From contig NW_025963791.1 in assembly GCF_023055435.1 (NCBI RefSeq), positions 29,326,001 to 29,390,000 on the forward strand: 64,000 nucleotides of DNA. Direction: 5' to 3'. Positions 25,701-39,070 of the stretch are shown in pieces; position 1 is the stretch's first letter; every line of letters starts with the position of its first letter. A model generated the notes under the pieces. It had not been told where the DNA came from and searched no databases. It was given only the letters and a program-made list of their open reading frames with translations. The stretch comes from Haliotis rufescens. Its lineage: Eukaryota. A program made the translations under genes and the position numbers.

Positions 25701-28700
25701 ATGAGATTGCTAACAAGTAAGGACTTCAGTCATGGAGCTGGAATTGAACAACACTGTGGGACATTATGGAGGTATTGTGTGTTGGCCAAATGTCTTGAAC
25801 GCCAGTGAGAAATGTCGGGATGGCACTGGAAGAAAATTGTGACATTCAGAGACTTCAAAGGAAGGTTTTTGTTTTATGAAACCTTCAAAGAAAACGATAA
25901 CAATAGAACAGGAAAACGAAGCTTTGGGCACATAACAATTGTTATAAAAGAGGACAACTTTATTACATGTTGAACTGGAGTACTGGAGGATACAAGCAAC
26001 ATCTGCTAGTTAAGTGACACGTTCTAACTCATTAACTGCGGGGCAGTAACTAAAAAAACGTAACTATCTTATTACAAACTCATTCTCATATCAAACTAAA
26101 TAACCCATATAGGATTGCATATTAAAATGAACAATTCACCAATAATGATGTACCAGTTTCATTTTTGATTACATCTAACAGTTAGTCATCTGAGGGTAAA
26201 AGGGTTGGGCGACGCAGTCGTATAAGGCACAACAGGTTTGCAGAATTGCGTTCATTATGCGTGTTAGATACCTGTGATCGTGGGTTCGAGTCCTAGATTG
26301 TTGCTTCGCTCGGGGTCCTTTTACAACAAATGGAATAGCTGATAATACGCTGGAGTATAATCACATAACTGTATTGTCTTCCGAACAAATATATTCAATG
26401 CTGTTCTAATTAAAGCGCATAACACAGTTGATGTCATTTTATCTGACGGCTGGGGACATATATAAAAGGCAGATTTAACCTGCATGGCCAGTGGTACATT
26501 AATACATATAATATATGAATTCTGACTCGCAATGAGATATAGTAAAGGCTTAACTGGTACCTCTTAAATGGGCATTGTCCCGTGGTGGGTAGGCATTCGT
26601 GAGTAGAATTAGGTCCCAAACTGTATGCTACGAACCAGCTACATTTAGGATCGGATGGATGCAGTGTGTAATTATTTAGATGATCGTAGTATGAACTACG
26701 TATGTGTCGTGTCGAGACTCGTTCCTATACAAGTATAGTGATGAAACTTTTAGTCATGTAAACTCAAGAAATGTTCAAAACTGGTCACGAATTAGTCAAT
26801 ATCAACGACGGGCCTGGAGACAGATTTGCGAGAAACACCTTCAGCATTGATGGATTGATGGTTTTGAAACAATGTTGTTACCAATAGAGATGACCAGAAC
26901 ATAAAGCGATAAAGCTTTACCACGATAAAGCGGACCTGGTTCTCAAAAACACGTTGATCATCAAACACCTTCTGGTAAATCCAACCTGCCACTTTCGGAA
27001 AAAAATCAACATGGAAATGTTGAAATCATTTCGATTGGTATTGTCTCATAATCGGTGGATATCCCTATATGGCATAAGGTACACAGTGTATCATATGCCT
27101 GTCTGAAGAACCGGCTAAATTTAAGATCGGATGGCTGCAATGTTTCGTTTCTATACAAGCATCCCTGATATACCTTTAATATAGACGATTACATGGAATT
27201 CGAAGTCTCCCCTGATGAATTCATGTTTATGAAAGATATTAGGATCCAGTAAACGCATAACTAAGGAAGGAATGAGCATGAAAATGTACAGACTTTACTG
27301 AAGGAGGTGAAAGACAGAAGAATGGCAATAGAAGTAGGATGATTTCGTTTGATGTCTAACACCACACTCAACAATATTCCAGCTGATGGCGGGGGTCTGT
27401 ATATAGTCGTGTAGGCAATCCAGCGATTGACATCATGAGCATTGATCTACGCATTTGGGATTCAATGACATGCATCGACCACCAAGTCACTGAGTCTGAC
27501 CACACACCGGGGTTGCTGTGGCCATCAGTACTGACCCGGATCGTCGAGGGGAGAAGAAGGATGAAGGAAGACATTCAGCAGAAAATGTATGCAGAGGTGG
27601 CGGCGATGGAGAGAGGAGATAAGAATTCAAAGGCAATTATTCCAAGAATGAACAAGAGCGAAATAGGGAGCTATAATTTACAGATTCGATGAGGCCGTTG
27701 ATCTGAAGTATTCATAGACGAAAAGCCAAACAAAAAGGGCATGAGAGAAATACCTTTGTGAATTGAAATATACTTGAATTTGTAGGGGTAAGGACACACC
27801 AAAACGTTTTGTTTAATGGTGTAAAGATAGATTGGTATCGTGATAGTTAAGTGGCCAGACAATACATCGACATATGATCTATTTGATGTATCCGATATTG
27901 ACAACAGCAACTGTCACGGTTGTTCACAAGTTAGTGAAATGCGGCACTATATCAGGTACAAAAGAAAGCGGTCGATCTTCCCGCTGGATATCCCGTTTCT
28001 TCTGAGCTCGCCAGCGGATGGACGTCCCGACGTGTCGGTTATTTAAAAATGACATTTCGTAATGACGTCATAATGTTATTACGACGTATTGAATCTACGG
28101 CGTGTAGCTTATTATGCCTACTGTTAATCTTGTCGTTGCATTTGTCAATCGCTGTCCATTGTCCTCATCAAACATTGAGTGTTACTGTTAATAAGACGAA
28201 CTACATCAGATACAGAAGTATTATTGTTTACAGATATCCAATGTGCAGTAAACTACGTTCATAACGAACACTCTCATAACGACTGACAGATATCACGAAC
28301 TTTTTTTGTATTTTTTCTTACATATCTCTTCTTGACAACAAACGTGAAGTGCTTACCAACAAAGGGTATCGGAAGAAATATATGGAAGCAAGGTTCATCA
28401 ACGTTGACAATATGATATTACAGTTACCCTCCCCCAACCCCCATCCCCCCCCCCCCCCTACCCAACCCGACACGCACGCTCGCACGCGCACAGACACAAA
28501 CACTCTTTGAGTTATTCAATTATGAGTAACAACTGGACTCCTTTATAGCTTAACATATATGGAGACAGATTGATTATGTTAATGTTCGTGGGTATACACT
28601 TGAAACATTTCTCAAGAAAGAAGTTCACGATGAGTCAGGCGAGCATCACAAATACTGTAATCAAGTTTACGGTCAATATGATGGCTCTACAGTGACTGTT

Positions 28701-30805
28701 AATGTGATACTTCCCGTTTATTTTTACGAAATGTTCTTTTCAGCGTATCATCAAGAGCAACGGAAAACATCGTCAGACTGCTTTCTTTGAATTAACACTC
28801 GTCGGATACTTCTCTTAATAGCAGCGACGAGCGTATACTCGTTTAATATGACGATACTGTGATGCAAAAACAACTCTAATGCCTGCTGGCCTGGTCTTTT
28901 GCTCAGGAATACACAGATACTTCTCTGTTTATCACTGAAGCTCAAAGACTGTTATGAATCAGATAGTAATCATGTAGCATTGGTTCTAAATTGGGATGCA
29001 GTATTTTGTTCAACAATTATTTGATTGCGATCAGTTGCAAACTTACTTCAGATACTGAGATTGTATTTATTAGGTCTGGAAAATTGATACGTATATATGC
29101 CATCTCTACAAAACACTTATTTTTGCCATTTACTGTCTGCGAAATAAGCAGATGTCGTTCTGGACAAAGATAAGATTTGGACACTGTCTGGTAGAGTGAC
29201 AATAACAAATTAGAAAGTAGGATAATTGAGTTCTTATATATTGTTCAGACAATTTTCATGTTTGCGAACGCGAGACTGATAACATGATATATTTCAGATT
29301 CATTACCCGAGGTTCATACGTTATTTCCCTAACCTTTACTGTGTACACATACTTGCATTAAACTGACGTATTCTGGCTGGATGGAAAATATGTTTACACA
29401 TTGTAACTCATAATACACGCATAATAACATTTGCTCACACATTAATTCAATCAAGCTGTTTGTGTTCCATATAGAGGGCCTTGGACGTCACCTGTGTCAT
29501 CAAGGGTTCCAGGAAGCATTCATGCCAGCATAAGAGCATTGGAAGGATAGTCTAGTATGAAGTATGAGGTTGTTAAGCAGCTGGGTAGACATTTTTGTAT
29601 ATAGGCGCTCGGTGAAAAAACATCCATGATAGATACTTGAATATCTACATATCAAATATATCCAACTCATTATGTTGAAAGGGAAACAAAGATATATGAA
29701 ATAATTTCAGTCTTCAAACGTTTTTATTTCCAACGTGTGTTTGCTTAATGGTAAAGTATCTGATTCCGATTTGCGTTGTAGGACCTGAATTCGCATTAGA
29801 TTGTTGAGAGGAATAGCCGAATGTCGAAGGGTGTTGGACACGCGCCTTGATCTTGCACTTAGCGTTCCACTGGATCTATATACATGAACGTCTTCTTGTT
29901 GTGCTCTGGTTCAGTTTCACGGGATCACTAGTCCTTTTCACCACAAACACGAACAGATACATTATCATAATATAATACCTACTCATCTAGGCTTGTAGTA
30001 TACTATAATGGTATGGTAACATGTATGGCAATTGTCATAGTAGTTATCTAAGTACCTTAATGGCCTCGTTCGTGGCGTTATCGTTACAGGTAAAACTTAA
30101 ACGCTTCCAAATATTTTGTTTCTGGTAGAAAAACAGTTTATTGTGTAATTATTACAGGCATAAAGTTTCATGTTTTTCTTCCAATGTTCTTTAACGATCA
30201 TGTGATGTATTGTCGCCACATTGAATTGAGGAAGAGTAGATAAAAAAACTGCCTTAGAACTACGAAGGTGTTACACGTTTATAGATAAATGTACGTGAGA
30301 ATCAGCATCCTCTCATACGGGTCTTCACGCTCAATTACATTGTCAGACATAGTCTAATGAAGCGAAAGCGAGGCAGCATTTACTGTAATAAGCAGGCACT
30401 TACGACAGGAAATATTTATTTGACTATTTATCACTTTTTATACGGATTGAGCTACAACTGATGTTAATGATTTCAACTGGTTTCCGAAATCACGTCTATT
30501 TTAATGGCACCTCCAGTAAAAAGTGGGTGATACGTTTCAAGAGACAATTCAGTCGGCAAAATCTAGCATAAGTGCTCGTTATTTTGTCAAGCTAGAAACC
30601 GTTCCGGAAATTGCGTAAGTTTATCTGTTAAGGAACAACGTTTGAGTGGAGCAAAATGAAGACGTGAAGCATGTGTGCATGTAGGTACAGTTAGGACCGA
30701 GTCTCATGTGCCGCCTTAAGGGACCATGATATCCGTTAAGTGGGAAGTAAATATCTCCGTATAGCACGAGGAAGAAAAATGTTTCCTGATGACGGTTTAT
30801 GCCTT

Positions 30806-31116
30806 GAGTGAGTGAGCGACTGAGTGAGTGAGTGAGATTCAGTTGACATTTACGCCTCTTCGGACAGTATTCCAGGTATATGGTGACGGTCAGCTTAATG
30901 GGGGAGGAAAGCCCGTATTGATGCAGGTCTCAGGCGTTTACCACTTTGGTGAAACCCACGAGCACAGGAATGGTGCTGACAAACCTAGAAATATAATCGG
31001 GGCGAATCGGGGTCGGATCCCACAATCATACCACAATTATTCTGGCGTACCAAATGGACGCAACTCTGCGTAGCGAGATGCGGCGCCTCAGACGACTGGG
31101 TCAACCGTGCACCCCG
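30806..31116 (-). mobile_element. SINE family A
   Basis: GAGT tail, TGATGCAGGTCTCAGGCGTTTACCAC body and head ending GTGCACCCC; GTTTATGC repeated at both flanks. Confidence 0.88.
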
Positions 31117-31181
31117 TTTATGCTCTAAATTGTGTATTCTACAACATGTACATCACAATTTTGAAAGATAGTCACTTATGA

Positions 31182-31351
31182 GTGAGTGAGTGAGTGAATT
31201 TGGTTTTACGCCGCTTTTAGCAATATTCCAGCAATATCACGGCGGGGGACACCAGAAATTGGCTTCACACATTGTTCCCATGTCGGGATTCGAACCCGGG
31301 TCTTCAGCGTGACGAGCGAACGCTTTAACCACTAGGCTACCCGACCGCCCC
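31182..31351 (-). mobile_element. SINE family B, full length with TSD
   Basis: Direct repeat TAGTCACTTATGA on both sides; near-identical to 7931. Confidence 0.93.
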
Positions 31352-31836
31352 TAGTCACTTATGAAGAAATCTGGTTTAATGATTGCGAATAGACAAAAAC
31401 TGATTCATTAATAACAGCACACGAATCTTTTCAAAAGTTCAGTATTTGTAAAGTTTGATCATGTTTGTTTCCTTGCATTTACGTGAACTAGCAAAACTGT
31501 TAAAAAATACTTTAATATTTCAAAGTCAGTTTGCTTGTCATGACAAACATGGTGCGCTTAACATACAGAAATATATTGGTAAGCGAGCTTCAGATTTCCT
31601 CAGTGTATGAGTGTGTATAATCGTTGGTTAATAACAGATGTCTTATTAGGTTCTTGTATTAGAATGTGTCTTAGAATTTCAAGAAGTCTGAAATATCACA
31701 TCAAACACCGACAAAGAAACAATTTCTTTTTCATTAAAGCCCCAGCCACAATCTACACTGTTCGGGAATGCATTTGGGTATTCTAGATTAAGCTATGTAT
31801 CCTTTAAAGAAAACATAACTGTTGTTGTACCTGAGA

Positions 31837-31992
31837 AAGAGAATTTATGAATGTCAACTTCTTGATTATGAGGAAGACAACGTTTCGGAGAAAATGCTCA
31901 CTCCATCATCGGGTGAATGATGAAGGAGTAAGCATATACTCCGAAACGTTGTGTTCTTCATAATTACGAAGTTGACATCCATAAATTCTCTT
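31837..31992. ncRNA. Inverted pair of degenerate minimal type I hammerhead-ribozyme motifs (Penelope-like pseudo-LTR relic)
   Basis: ~75 bp imperfect inverted repeat. Plus arm: aUGAUGA-A-GGAGUA/UACUCC-GAAA-CGUUGUG. Minus arm: CAC-CcGAUGA-U-GGAG/CUCC-GAAA-CGUUG. Confidence 0.75.
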
Positions 31993-33278
31993 CCTTATGT
32001 GCATCACTTCCAAATGAATTTCAAGGACAATATACGTCATACTGCGTTTAGCAACACAACATGGCGGTGATGCTAAAGAAGAAACTCCGCTCAGTAATTA
32101 TATTAGATTGGTTTAATCAACGTTAACGTTCGAACATTGGATCCATAAAAATCGACTTCTTCGCAGAAAGGATAAGCATAACTCATCAATTAAGACAGGA
32201 CATGTGATCAAAATCGATCATTTATCCCACGTGCAATGTCACTGAGATGTGAGCGTTACTGGTTCGTGTTTCTCAATAACGTTTTACATCTACGACAATA
32301 TGTAGTATAACACGACATAAATGGCAGATGTAGTGTAAGATGCGAATTAACATATGCTTCATACAATGATGTTATTCCTTAGATTTACGAGGCAACCAAT
32401 GGCATTCCTGGAAGAGGGAGGGCATGCATGCTCCTATGGTCTTCAGTAATGATGTTATGGCACAGCACATGGTTCGCACTTGGTTGTCGATAATTCAACT
32501 GTTAGACAGCATTGTGGTATCTAGACTAATTTCCGGACAACCAGGACACTGTCAGAAGTCAGACAGCTGGACGTTCAGGCTTTGTTTGTTTTCGATAGTC
32601 ATTCGATGTAATACGATATGTTGAGATCGACTGAAAGCATTTAGCACAAGCCAAACGTCAATACTTGCCTGTGAAATAGGGTAATATGTTCATTTGTCTT
32701 ACATTCCAGGGAATTGAAGTTATGTGATAACTTTTAGCACACGAATGGGATATGGGGTAACTGAAATGGTGAAATAGTTTATCTTCGGACAATATGTTTA
32801 TTGTTTAGTGTACATTTCCATACTGGATAACCTCAATGTCTATGTCGGCTCACGACTGTCATACATTTGTGTAGAGAAACCTAGCCAAATGTGACTGAGT
32901 AATATAAATAAAAGTCTTCATCATAATTACAAGATTAACATAAATGGTGACAATATTATTGTCGGTGTGATAAACTGTTTACAGCTACTGTTTATATCTT
33001 TCACGTAGAGAGGAGCTATTCATGTCATCTATGGAGAAAAATAAACCACGAAATACATGTATTCTACATGTACATTCACTACATGTATGCATGGATTTAC
33101 ACGAACAAGAATATGAAATTAAATGCATTTCTTAGGATAAATCCATTGTGTTGGCACGTGCTGCATACATGTCGAATCACTTCAGCATTCACATCTAAAA
33201 TAGTTAAATAGTTCATCTCTCGCAAATCATGGTACTAATAGTAGTAGTTTAGTCAAAAGTGATAGAACAGGTTAAATA

Positions 33279-34804
33279 TACTGAACCGCAAAAGAAACGT
33301 CACCATGGATAGATTATATGAGAAACCTTATTTGTCCAAACGTGGTAAACATAATTTGAGACATTTTAAAGAGATGAAACTTGGCAAAACTGATCATCAA
33401 GGTTGAAATTAAAGTGTCAAATGTTCTTAAAGTGAATCACAACACTAGTCTCTGAGAAAATGGCATCACAAGTCAGTATCTGGTGTGTCCGCCATGTTCA
33501 TTGATGACTGCCTTGCAACGTCGATACATGGAATGGATGAGGCGGTTGATGAAGGCTATAGGCACTTGAGCCCACACTCCGAGGATCGCCTGACGCAGTT
33601 CAGCTGCAGTTGTTTGCCTTGGTCGGACGTCATTCAGCCGTCTTTGAATCGCGTCCCACGGGTGCTCAATGAGATTTAAATCGGGACTGAGGGCAGGTCA
33701 CCGCATGGTTCTGATGCTATTCTGTCGGGAAAGTCTCTTGTTTCTCTCGCAGTGTGGGCACGGGCGTTATCATGCTGAAACTCGCGGTTGCGGCAAATGA
33801 GGTATGGCGTGTGGTCTTAAAACTTGATCAATGTACCGAGCTTTTGTGACAACATTGCCTCTCCCTGGACCGATGTTCTGGAACACCACAGGGCCGACCC
33901 TCTTCGCAAGACGAATTCCGACCCACACCATGATGCTCGTACCACCCAACGAGTCTCTCTCAACAACACAAACATCCGAATAACTTTTCCCACGGCGTCG
34001 CCAAACTCTCTCTGCCATCTGCTGTTGAGATACAGTATCGGCTCTCGTCTGAGAATAAGACTCTTCTCCACTGCTGCTGGCGCCAATGCTGGTGCTGTGT
34101 TGCTCAGTGAAGACGGTCCCGGCGGTGACGTGGTGTCAGAATGGGTCCTCGGTGTGCCCTGTGACAGTGGAGGTGTCTGCTCGTCAATCGTCGACGCACG
34201 ATGTCCGCACTAATGTGTCGCTGGTGTGTCCCCGTGGTCTATCGAGGTTTTCGCAGCAGTAACAAAGCGAACTTGAAGATGCTGTCGTACTATCTGACGA
34301 TCCTGACGTCAAGTGATGACCCTTGGTCTTCTACTACGTGGTCGGTCATCTGTTGTGTTGGTGGTCTGGTCCCGTTGCTGGAGCCTGCATATGGTCCTTA
34401 CGTGGACTTGAAAAGCATTCATGGGCTGCTTGCCGGGCGGTTTGACCAGCTTTCAATCGGGCTTGGTGTCGCTGATTTCTTGTCAATCTTGGCATGTGGT
34501 AGCAATTCAATAACGAATGAATGTTATCCGATCTGGGTGGTTTTTTATAGGGCAAGAAATGGGGGAACGCATGTGCATTTCAATTTGCACGGAACCCACG
34601 TGCATCTGGTTACCATGGCCGTTGCCGTGATGCGATTGGGCGATCGGTTTTATTGTCATCTGCTTCGTTTTCTTACCATCAAATTTCATTTTTTCGGACA
34701 AGGTAATGTTGAATTTTAGAAACTTTGACAAAAATTACCAAGATATTTAAATGACAACTTTTCATGCAGTGTTACTTGGGGTGACGTTTCTTTGCGGTTC
34801 AGTA
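33279..34804 (-). mobile_element. Full-length decayed Tc1 DNA transposon
   Basis: TIR TACTGAACCGCAAAAGAAACGTCACC...GGTGACGTTTCTTTGCGGTTCAGTA with TA flanks. Confidence 0.94.
33473..34495 (-). pseudogene. Tc1 transposase, multiply disrupted
   Basis: MPRLTRNQR start, ERVWRRRGK, GGTSIMVWVGI, YIDQVLRPH, QHDNARAH and SPDLNLIEHPWD across frames. Confidence 0.9.
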
Positions 34805-35519
34805 TATATGCGTTGTTCTTATACAAATATCACAGTAATGTCATTCCATGCTGTGACCTTTAAGTGGAGACTACTGTCCTTCTTACTCACTGGCAATTAC
34901 GTTTTGAATGATGAGTGTGTAAGTGGCGGGTGATGCTGGTAGAAAAGGACATACCCTGTCCTTGTCCTGTTTGCGAACACCTGGTGTCATCACTGATGTC
35001 CATTCATATGCTTTTCGTCATTAGTTTGCCTCTTATCCCTATAGAATCGGTTGATAGTCCAGACTGATTATTCTCTGGTATGAAATAAATACCAAGATGT
35101 TACATCACTATAGTCTATCTGTTCCCAGTTGACGCCCTACAGTCAATGGTAATGGAACAGCGGGGATTCTTGACTGTGGACAATAATCTTAGTAAGTAAC
35201 AACTCAAAAGATTACATTTACCACAAACTCCTTCGATGGTTATCAAACATAAACGATCACTATGGTATAAGCTCTTATGGGTCATCTTGTACGAGGTTCT
35301 TGGTGTTTATGTACCGTCCGAAGTAATCTCTTGTCACAGTGTTAAACGTCTACAGGGAAGGCAAGCTTGCCCGAATAACACATTCAGCCCGGCTTATACA
35401 TGTTACTAGGAATTGTGATCCCATTGTATGTGGAAGGGTGTCGTGTATGTACTCGCAATGTCATATCAGTTGCAGTCAATGTTGAACAAGAGACCTATCC
35501 CATACTGAATCAACCACCT

Positions 35520-35835
35520 TGGGGGGGTATGGATTGAGCGTCTGCCCGAAAAGCTGAAGGTCGGCGGTTCGATTCTCTGGCCGCGTCATACTAAAATACG
35601 TTAAAGATCGTACTCGTTGTTACTATGTCTATGGGAAGATAAAACAAGGACTGGACTGGTTCGTATAATGGGCCTGTGGCGAACTCAACCTTCGGCATGG
35701 TTTCTCAGTCTAGCTCTGTATATCTGATATAAATCCTACTAGAACTAGCAGCCAAACACCCTGCATGCACGTCGCCATATAACTGAAATAATCTTGAACG
35801 CGACGTTAAACCCCATTTCATCTCACCACACCTCA
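35520..35835 (+). mobile_element. SINE family D (Meta-like), no microsatellite
   Basis: GGTTCGATTC B box, GCGTCATACTAAAATACGTTAAAGATCGTACTCGTTG, tail ACGTCGCC...GCGACGTTAAACCCCATTTCATCTCACC. Confidence 0.8.
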
Positions 35836-36614
35836 TCACCAATGTTGGGGTGCTGTGGTTGGAGATGTATGCCAATACAACCGGGGAAATACAATTGATG
35901 TATTTCAAAGTGTTACTTCCAACACCTGTTTTTTTACACGCAACTGTCAAGTTGGCCAGGCAGCATAAGTGGGCCATCCTTAATTTGATTTGATGTATTA
36001 TGTAAAGCTGGAAGTGAAATAGCTTCCGTTATTACCTGCAATGACACTGAATCAAATTTACTGACACCAACTACTCTGAAGTGCCCTATGTCTGTAACAC
36101 CATCTAGCCCTTCGTTATCTTGCTTTGAAGGTCCTCTCTTTTAACCATAAATGAAAACTGAATATTAACCGCTGAAAAGTGCAATCATCTTGATCGCGAC
36201 GTTTAACCCCATTTCACATCACCCATACCGAATCATTGAGCGCTGAATTGACCAGATCGTGCGGAGTGTCAGCAAAGACATCTTTGAAGGGAGGGCATGT
36301 GAGGGTGTCACAGTGACCTTCTTGGCGAGATCACGTTGTTGTATTCGCCGGGATGTTGTTTTTGTATCCAGAGTTGGTTGGCAGATTCCAGTATCAAAAC
36401 TGAGACGAGAGCTTAAAGTACATGTTCAGCCTCGAAGATTGAAATAAGGTTTCTACCCGCTAGCAATTATAGTTGATTATATGTAGTGTAATTGCGGGCT
36501 AAGATATTTAGGACGCCAAATATGGTTGATCGGGCCCATACATAAATGTGGATTTGATTTAAACATATTTCCTTTTAGCCAATGTATATTTTAATCTATA
36601 ATGGATCAAATTTG

Positions 36615-36866
36615 AACAGTATTCCAGGTATTTACACGGCTTGTCAGCTTAATTTGGGAGGAATGTCTGGAGTGATGCAGTTCTCATGCGTATAACACTT
36701 TGGTTAAAAAAGCCACGAACACGGGTATGGAGCTGACAAACGGAGAAATATAATCGGGGCGAAGAGTGATTCGAACTCACAATCATAGGTTTCTGGCGTG
36801 CCAAAGGGACGCAACACAGCACAGCGAATTGCGGCGTATTAGACGACTGGGACGCCCGCGTTCCCC
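36615..36866 (-). mobile_element. SINE family A, diverged
   Basis: ACAGTATTCCAGGTA...GATTCGAACTCACAATCATAGGTTTCTGGCG...TTAGACGACTGGG. Confidence 0.82.
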
Positions 36867-37175
36867 TCATTGCTTGAACGGGTATGGACGGATTTAGGAT
36901 ATTTAGGTTCAATTATTCAGTGTCAACGAAAGCAAATGACAAAGATTGCCTTTGACTGTTTTAGCCACGATGCTTTCAACGGATACTAATTGCTTTAAAA
37001 CTTGTACTTTTAACTTTTACGGATGTAATTTGGGTATTTATGAGGTGTAATCAGATAGTCACTGTTAACAAAGCCATTTGCTTGAAACGTGTTTGTGAAA
37101 GACAATGTCATTTGACATTGATGCATTAAGGTGGCCAGAGGAAACACAAGCACATACACAAAATCTCACTCGTCT

Positions 37176-37291
37176 CCGACACACATGTAAACACGTTCCG
37201 AAACACATGTAAACACGTTCCGAAACGCATGTAAACACGTTCCGAAACACATGTAAACACGTTCCGAAACATATGTAAACACGTTCCGAAA
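37176..37291. repeat. 22-bp minisatellite CCGAAACACATGTAAACACGTT x ~5
   Basis: Direct tandem copies without spacers. Confidence 0.95.
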
Positions 37292-38319
37292 TGTTTCTCA
37301 CTTGCCATTTTCAGAGACAAACACTGACGATGAATCAGATCAGACTAAAATGATAATTAATAAATAAAATTATATAATAGAGACATCCATCTGAAAGAGT
37401 CAAATATACGCATACGGGATTTGCTCTGACTCAGTACATTTACAATTTCGTCATACAAATCGACGATCATTCATTACTATTTTAATCGATAATAATTTTC
37501 TAAATATTATAGTCTTGATATTCTTGAGTACACCACGTGTAAACGACCCTATTGTCCGCCTTGTGTAAAATACGTACGATAAACTGGAAAGGAAATCAGA
37601 TGTAATGCTACACTAAAGAAAGATAATCGTCCAGCAAAAAATTGAAAGCAGCCATAGAGTAGATTCATCTGACATTACTGAGATGTCTCATGATCAGTTT
37701 AATAATACACATTATGTGCTTGTAAATTAATATTAACATGACGAATGCCATTTAGACAATCTTCTTTTATGCCGAACAATGTTACTTTCTGTTATGTCTA
37801 TCAAGACATTTAAGTAAAATATTTCAATAATTTTTAAAAAAAAATACCGATGACTAATTGAATCAACAGGCTCGAGGTGTCTTCTGATCACGATAAAACA
37901 TTTTCACGTTGATAATGAGCATCGAAATGCTTGAAAGTTTTACTCTAGTAGTCTGCAACTGTGTAATATGTCTGGTAATATGAGAAGTTTGAAGGAACAA
38001 AGGTTGTAATATTGCATTTCAGTCGTATTTATTTTTCTCTCATTTAATCAGCAGCAAACGATACACCTGAAGCCGGGAAATTATCAAAATATTGCTATAT
38101 TGTTTTTATAACGAATTACATCCATCAGCTTAAATGTTCGTTTAAGAAAACAATGACAACCCATCATGTTGAATAATAAACTGGAGAGCAAACGAAAGTA
38201 CACACACATGTTTGATGGTGGCTAAAATGAAAAAGGGAAGAAATGGTTATCCGATGGTACTGTACTTGATACGAGTATCATACCGGTAATTTTGTTTTGG
38301 ACACGTGAGAACCAAGGTG

Positions 38320-38800
38320 AAAATACGTACCTGCACACAAAGGAATTACGCATGGCTATGGCTGATCGACGTGTTACGTGCATATCGCTGACACTGTCAG
38401 GATCAGTTTGGGATCAGTTCAGTCCACCTTCGCAGACACATTTCACACGAGCGAGTTGTCTGCACGGTGGACACCCAGGATGATGACGCCAGAAGCTGTC
38501 CCGACTGAAGATATCTGGGGACATTTTGACAAGTTGTCGACTTCATCCTGACACATTTTTGTATACGAATGGTTCCCAAGGGTGAGACCATCACTTTCAT
38601 CTAGAGTAAAAATTCAGAGCAGACAGTTAATACATTCTGGCCTCATCCCCAAGTCTTTTCGCAAAATCATGGCTTCGGTTTTCAGTGACAGTAAAGGAAT
38701 AACCATGATGACAATTTGCAACTAGGCCAGACTGTAAGTGGCCAATGCTAGGCCACATAACTACGTCAGTTGAGAAAAGCTATCAAGGAAAGCTGTCGAG
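38320..38800 (+). mobile_element. Heavily decayed mariner transposase relic
   Basis: Similar to the 16683 element: ATGGCTGATCGACG, CATCACTTTCATCTAGAG, ATGGCTTCGGTTTTC...AAAGG and GGCCAGACTGTAAGTGG. Confidence 0.65.
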
Positions 38801-39070
38801 ACTTGTGTGTTTGTGTCTATACTAGCTTGACCAAGTGTATTGAATATGGAACTTCAACGCCAGAGAATAAGCCAGTCTCGAATATTCGACGAAACTGATT
38901 CCGCTGGACGAAAAAGGCAAATTAGTGGTCAAAATTATCCGAATGGTTCACTGAAAAGTAGTGATGACACCAGGTGTTGGTCTAAGGATAAGCATTTCCT
39001 GCTCTACCGGTAGCACCCGCTACTCACGCAATGTGCCAGACAGGTTTAACAGGGTTTCTCTGTACATGTA

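Larger units (their letters stand above)
12565..29830 (+). repeat. Tandem segmental duplication, period ~9 kb: block X 12565-13240 / 21690-22390; block Z 14990-16095 / 22450-23900 / 25720-26500; block Y 18110-21680 / 26925-29830
   Basis: Long colinear matches read by eye, e.g. GTCAGTCATGGAGCTGGAATTGAACAA near 15236 and 22990 (TTCAG variant near 25727), and GAAGGATGAAGGAAGACATTCAGCAGAAAATG near 18762 and 27555. Boundaries are approximate. Confidence 0.92.

Noticed and set aside
34201-34719. 172-aa plus-strand ORF (and 13565-14002, 33824-34213)
   Set aside because: These are antisense shadows of Tc1 transposase sequence.
37176-37291. Repeat array as possible CRISPR
   Set aside because: Units are contiguous with no unique spacers, there are no cas genes, and the context is eukaryotic.
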